This document shows, in pieces, positions 60,309 to 64,000 of a stretch of 64,000 bases of DNA (position 1 is its first letter; every line of letters starts with the position of its first letter). The notes below the pieces were generated by a model. The model made no database searches and was not told where the DNA came from. It saw only the letters and a program-made list of their open reading frames with translations. The position numbers and the translations under genes are program-made. Source of the stretch: Candidatus Nomurabacteria bacterium RIFCSPHIGHO2_01_FULL_41_71 (GTDB taxonomy: Bacteria; Patescibacteriota; Minisyncoccia; Phycocordibacterales; UBA9973); assembly GCA_001785355.1 (NCBI GenBank), contig MFTQ01000004.1, positions 3,612 to 67,611 of the forward strand, given 5' to 3'.

Positions 60309-61688
60309 ATGAGTATGGTAAACAACTCCATTAGTCCACTCGATGGCAGATATTTTAAAAAAACGCGAGCGCTCACGCCCTACTTTTCCGAGCAAGCTCT
60401 GATGAAATACCGAGTGGTAATGGAAGGGGAATATCTGATTTTTCTTTCTTTATCGGGAAAAACAAAATTAAAAAAATTCAAAAACACCGAAATTAAAAAA
60501 ATTAGAAGTTTCTATAAATTGTCTCCAAAGGATTATGAGCGCATAAAAAAATTAGAGGAGACAATCAACCATGATGTAAAAGCGGTAGAATATTTTTTGA
60601 AAGAAAAATATTCAAAAACATCTTTAAAAAATAGGGTGGGGTGGATTCATTTTGCTCTTACTTCAGAGGACACCAATAATATCGCTTACGCGTTGATGCT
60701 TCGAGATGCCCTAGAGCATGTAATGATTCCCGGCGTCAAAGAGATAATCGGAAGTTTAAATCAATTAGCTAAAAAATATAAAAATTTACCGATGCTCGCC
60801 AGAACGCACGGCCAATCTGCCAGCCCCACCACTTTCGGCAAAGAAATGTTCGTTTTCAGCACCCGCTTAGAAAAAAGACTGGAAGGACTTAAAAATATAA
60901 AGATAGGCACAAAATTAAATGGAGCTACAGGAAATTACAACGCCCATGTCGCGGCATATAAAAATACAGACTGGGTAAAGTTCAGTAAAAAATTTATCAA
61001 CAGTTTCAACAAACAAAAACCCGGAGTCTTGAAACTGGAACCTAATCTAACCACTACTCAAATAGAATGCCATGATAGTTATATTGCCATCTTTGATACC
61101 TTGAGGCGGATAAATACTATTCTTCTTGATTTCAATCAAGATATGTGGAGATATATTTCTGATGGTTGGGTAGAGCAGATGCCAAAGAAGAGGGAAGTGG
61201 GTTCTTCTACTATGCCCCACAAGATAAATCCAATTGATTTTGAAAACAGTGAAGGAAATTTGGGGCTGGCCAACGCACTTTTTGAATTTTTTGCCCGCAA
61301 ACTGCCAATCTCCAGACTGCAAAGAGACCTTTCAGACTCTACGGTGGAACGTTCTTTCGGCACAGCTTTCGGATATACCTATTTGGCCCATACTTCTCTC
61401 TTAAAAGGATTGAGCAAAATCAGAATTGACAAAGAGAAGATAGGGGAAGATTTGCAGAATCATCCGGAAGTAATCACCGAAGCCATTCAGACCATCCTGC
61501 GTCGTGAAGGAATGATGATGCCCTATGAGAAATTAAAAGAGCTCTCCCGCGGAAAAAAAGTCACTCTGGCCGAGATTCATGAATTTATAGATACTCTCAA
61601 AGTGAGCGGAAAAATAAAAGAAGAACTAAAAAAAATCACTCCGGAAAATTACATTGGTCTGGCCTCAAAATTGGCAGGGTTAAAATAG
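60309..61688 (+). CDS. purB: adenylosuccinate lyase
   Basis: GSSTMPHKINP fumarate-lyase signature. Confidence 0.9.
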   Translation: MSMVNNSISPLDGRYFKKTRALTPYFSEQALMKYRVVMEGEYLIFLSLSGKTKLKKFKNTEIKKIRSFYKLSPKDYERIKKLEETINHDVKAVEYFLKEKYSKTSLKNRVGWIHFALTSEDTNNIAYALMLRDALEHVMIPGVKEIIGSLNQLAKKYKNLPMLARTHGQSASPTTFGKEMFVFSTRLEKRLEGLKNIKIGTKLNGATGNYNAHVAAYKNTDWVKFSKKFINSFNKQKPGVLKLEPNLTTTQIECHDSYIAIFDTLRRINTILLDFNQDMWRYISDGWVEQMPKKREVGSSTMPHKINPIDFENSEGNLGLANALFEFFARKLPISRLQRDLSDSTVERSFGTAFGYTYLAHTSLLKGLSKIRIDKEKIGEDLQNHPEVITEAIQTILRREGMMMPYEKLKELSRGKKVTLAEIHEFIDTLKVSGKIKEELKKITPENYIGLASKLAGLK

Positions 61689-61720
61689 CGACTTGTTTAC
61701 CTGTATGCTAAGATGGGCAT

Positions 61721-61984
61721 ATGAAAATGCGGATTCTGGCTTCCGTGGCGCTTCTCATATCTGTATTCATTATGCCTTTTTGGGTATCTTTAATATTAGC
61801 TTTTTTGGAAATGTTTTATTTCCATTTTTTTGCTGAAGCGGTAATCATTTCTTTAATATCAGATCTTCTCTACAGCGCGCCGGTTCAAGTATTCTCGGGA
61901 GTGACCGGTGTGTTTTTTATCGTTTCCTTGGTTGTTTTTATCATTTTGGAATTATTGAAAAAGAAAATAAGATTAGAATATTGA
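61721..61984 (+). CDS. small polytopic membrane protein, possibly MreD-like given its position before PBP2
   Basis: 87 aa with three hydrophobic helices. Confidence 0.3.
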   Translation: MKMRILASVALLISVFIMPFWVSLILAFLEMFYFHFFAEAVIISLISDLLYSAPVQVFSGVTGVFFIVSLVVFIILELLKKKIRLEY

Positions 61985-61988
61985 TATC

Positions 61989-63698
61989 ATGATTTTGCGT
62001 AGATTCAAAAAAAATCGAATAAAAAATACCCTGGTAGATCCGGATGAGATATTTCTGGATTCTACCAATCTTCAAAATTTCGATCGTCAACAATTTGAAG
62101 GTCGAATAGAAAAACCAATTTCCAAAAAAACCGCCGCGGGATTGGGAATCTTTTTTTTAATTTTTATTTTGACTTTTCTGGGCAGATTGGGATATCTGCA
62201 AATCAAAAAAGGAGAAGCCTATTATAAAAGAAGTGAAAACAACACCCTAGAGAGAGCCATTATTTTCGCCGAAAGGGGAATAATTTACGACAGAAATAAG
62301 AAGGAACTTGCATGGAATCAAAAAATGGGGCATGAAGGGGGAGGAGGCAGTAAATTCGGCATACGCGCATATTTAAAAGATGGTTTCGCGCATCTTTTGG
62401 GTTATGTAAGCTATCCGGCGCAAGATAAATCCGGGAATTATTGGCAGGGAGAATTTAAAGGAATTGATGGACTGGAAAAACAATATGACACCATTCTTCA
62501 AGGTAAAAATGGTTCAAAAATAGTTGAAAGAGACGCTTATGGAAAAATTCATTCGGAAAATATAGTAAATGCTCCAAAAAGGGGACAAGATTTGATAACC
62601 GCCATAGATGCTTCAATACAGGCAAAATTATTTTCTCTAATTAAAGAAGCTTCCCAAAAAAGTACTTTCGTCGGCGGAGCAGGAATACTTCTTGATGCCA
62701 AAAACGGCGAAGTATTGGCCGTCACAAGTTATCCGGAATACGATCCAGAAATATTGTCTTTGGGGAAAGACACAAAGATAATAAACGGCTATCTTGCCGA
62801 TAAACGCGGAGTTTTTATAGATAGAACTATTTCCGGGTTGTATGCTCCAGGTTCGATAGTTAAACCTATTTTCGCGCTTGGCGCCCTTGTCGAAAATATT
62901 ATCAATCCTAAAAAAGAAATTCTGTCGATTGGTGAAATTTCTATACCTAATCCCTATATCAAAGGAGAATTTTCTGTTTTTAAAGATTGGAAAGCTCACG
63001 GTTGGACAAATATGCAAGAAGCTCTGGCGGTATCATCGGATGTATATTTTTATACAATCGGAGGCGGTTTTGAAAGTCAAAAAGGTCTGGGTATATCCAA
63101 TCTGGAAAAATATGCTCGGCTCTTCGGTGTCGGAGAAAAAACAGGAATAGACCTGCCAGATGAAAAAAGCGGCACTATCCCGAGTCCTGAATGGAAAGAA
63201 AAAAATTTCAAAGGAGATCCATGGCGCATCGGAGACACTTACAATACCTCTATCGGGCAGTATGGCTTCCAGGTGACTCCCATGGAAATGTCTCGGGTGG
63301 CGGCAGCTATTGCAAACGGTGGCACATTGATATCTCCCCATATTATGAACTTGGAGGCCTTGCCTCCAAGTGGAGACCTTGTCTCAAAATTAGATTTTAA
63401 CAAAGAATATTTAGATATAGTGCACGAGGGCATGAGAGGAGCGGTAACATACGGCACGGCGGTAGCGCTCAATGTGCCATATGTAAAAGTAGCGGCCAAA
63501 ACCGGAACCGCGGAACTTGGACTCGCAAAAAATAAAATTAATTCCTGGGTAATCGGATTTTTCCCATATGAAAATCCGCGATATGTATTTACAATTTTAA
63601 TGGAATCCGGACGAGCATCCGGTCTCATTAGCGCTTCTTCAATAATGCGAGACCTTTTGGACTGGATGTATATAAACACGCCGGAATACCTAAAGTAA
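61989..63698 (+). CDS. mrdA: penicillin-binding protein 2 (class B transpeptidase)
   Basis: SIVKP (SxxK), SSD (SxD) and KTGTAE. It carries a decayed copy of the 40-bp element. Confidence 0.8.
   Translation: MILRRFKKNRIKNTLVDPDEIFLDSTNLQNFDRQQFEGRIEKPISKKTAAGLGIFFLIFILTFLGRLGYLQIKKGEAYYKRSENNTLERAIIFAERGIIYDRNKKELAWNQKMGHEGGGGSKFGIRAYLKDGFAHLLGYVSYPAQDKSGNYWQGEFKGIDGLEKQYDTILQGKNGSKIVERDAYGKIHSENIVNAPKRGQDLITAIDASIQAKLFSLIKEASQKSTFVGGAGILLDAKNGEVLAVTSYPEYDPEILSLGKDTKIINGYLADKRGVFIDRTISGLYAPGSIVKPIFALGALVENIINPKKEILSIGEISIPNPYIKGEFSVFKDWKAHGWTNMQEALAVSSDVYFYTIGGGFESQKGLGISNLEKYARLFGVGEKTGIDLPDEKSGTIPSPEWKEKNFKGDPWRIGDTYNTSIGQYGFQVTPMEMSRVAAAIANGGTLISPHIMNLEALPPSGDLVSKLDFNKEYLDIVHEGMRGAVTYGTAVALNVPYVKVAAKTGTAELGLAKNKINSWVIGFFPYENPRYVFTILMESGRASGLISASSIMRDLLDWMYINTPEYLK
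63350..63385. repeat. 40-bp palindromic element, degenerate copy 3, in-frame within PBP2
   Basis: CTTGGAGGCCTTGCCTCC-AAGT-GGAGACCTTGTCTC. The left arm is intact and the right arm is decayed. It encodes LEALPPSGDLVSK. Confidence 0.65.
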
Positions 63699-63738
63699 AA
63701 TATTTGCGCTATAAATACAAGTAAGATATAATGAAATT

Positions 63739-63972
63739 ATGTCTAAGGGGAAAATACTTCTAATGGCGGGTATTTGGATAAGCGTACTTCCGTACCTTGG
63801 GTTTCCTTATGGACTGAAAAATATCCTTTTTACTCTCTCTGGATTTGGAATTATTTATATAGGTTATATGCTTTATAAAGAAAACAAAAAAGGATTGAAA
63901 AAAGAGGGGACTTTATTTGAGAACTTTTCGGAAAACACAGATTTTACCGGAGAAGATATTGGAAATAATTAG
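63739..63972 (+). CDS. hypothetical small membrane protein
   Basis: 77 aa with two hydrophobic helices. Confidence 0.3.
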   Translation: MSKGKILLMAGIWISVLPYLGFPYGLKNILFTLSGFGIIYIGYMLYKENKKGLKKEGTLFENFSENTDFTGEDIGNN

Positions 63973-64000
63973 AAACATTAAAGATTTTAAAAAGTAAAAT

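Overview
This looks like one contiguous chromosomal segment of a low-GC (~40%), reduced-genome bacterium with a Patescibacteria/CPR-like gene set and small protein sizes. The phylum call is an impression only. The housekeeping backbone is as follows. atpA(partial)-atpG-atpD-atpC. rsmI. A PriA-like protein with degenerate helicase motifs. mreB, holB-like, frr, rseP, an M24 peptidase, a tandem Ddl-Ddl fusion, murI, rpmG and tRNA-Trp. A ~13 kb accessory stretch then interrupts the conserved rpmG/tRNA-Trp neighbourhood. It holds a 1400-aa orphan protein, a pair of 116-bp direct repeats (84% identical, each promoter-bearing and with its own hairpin) bracketing a ~55% GC cassette, and a copper/thiol-handling island with a CsoR-family repressor, DUF1573, DsbD-like, DUF3105, SHOCT, DsrE-like and CopA proteins. 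The backbone resumes with miaA, murA, tRNA-Leu(CAA), an orphan parB, a short rel, a GC-rich orphan gene and topA. Next come dprA, serS, an ftsQ-like gene, dus, a short dnaX, a second GC-rich orphan gene and MazG-like and NUDIX hydrolases. These are followed by tRNA-Gln(TTG), a bactofilin-like membrane protein, a MacAB-type efflux trio and guaB-purA. The window ends with yvcK, a near-complete purine operon (purSL-Q-F-N-D-E-M-C-B), a small membrane protein and PBP2. The most striking feature is three unrelated families of short, near-perfect palindromic elements embedded in-frame inside housekeeping genes. They resemble the palindromic elements described in Rickettsia. A 40-bp nested palindrome sits in rseP, purD and PBP2. 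A 23-bp perfect palindrome sits at the atpA stop codon and inside miaA. TGTCAAAGAG-type palindromes sit in dus and purD. No CRISPR array, transposase or integrase was recognised.
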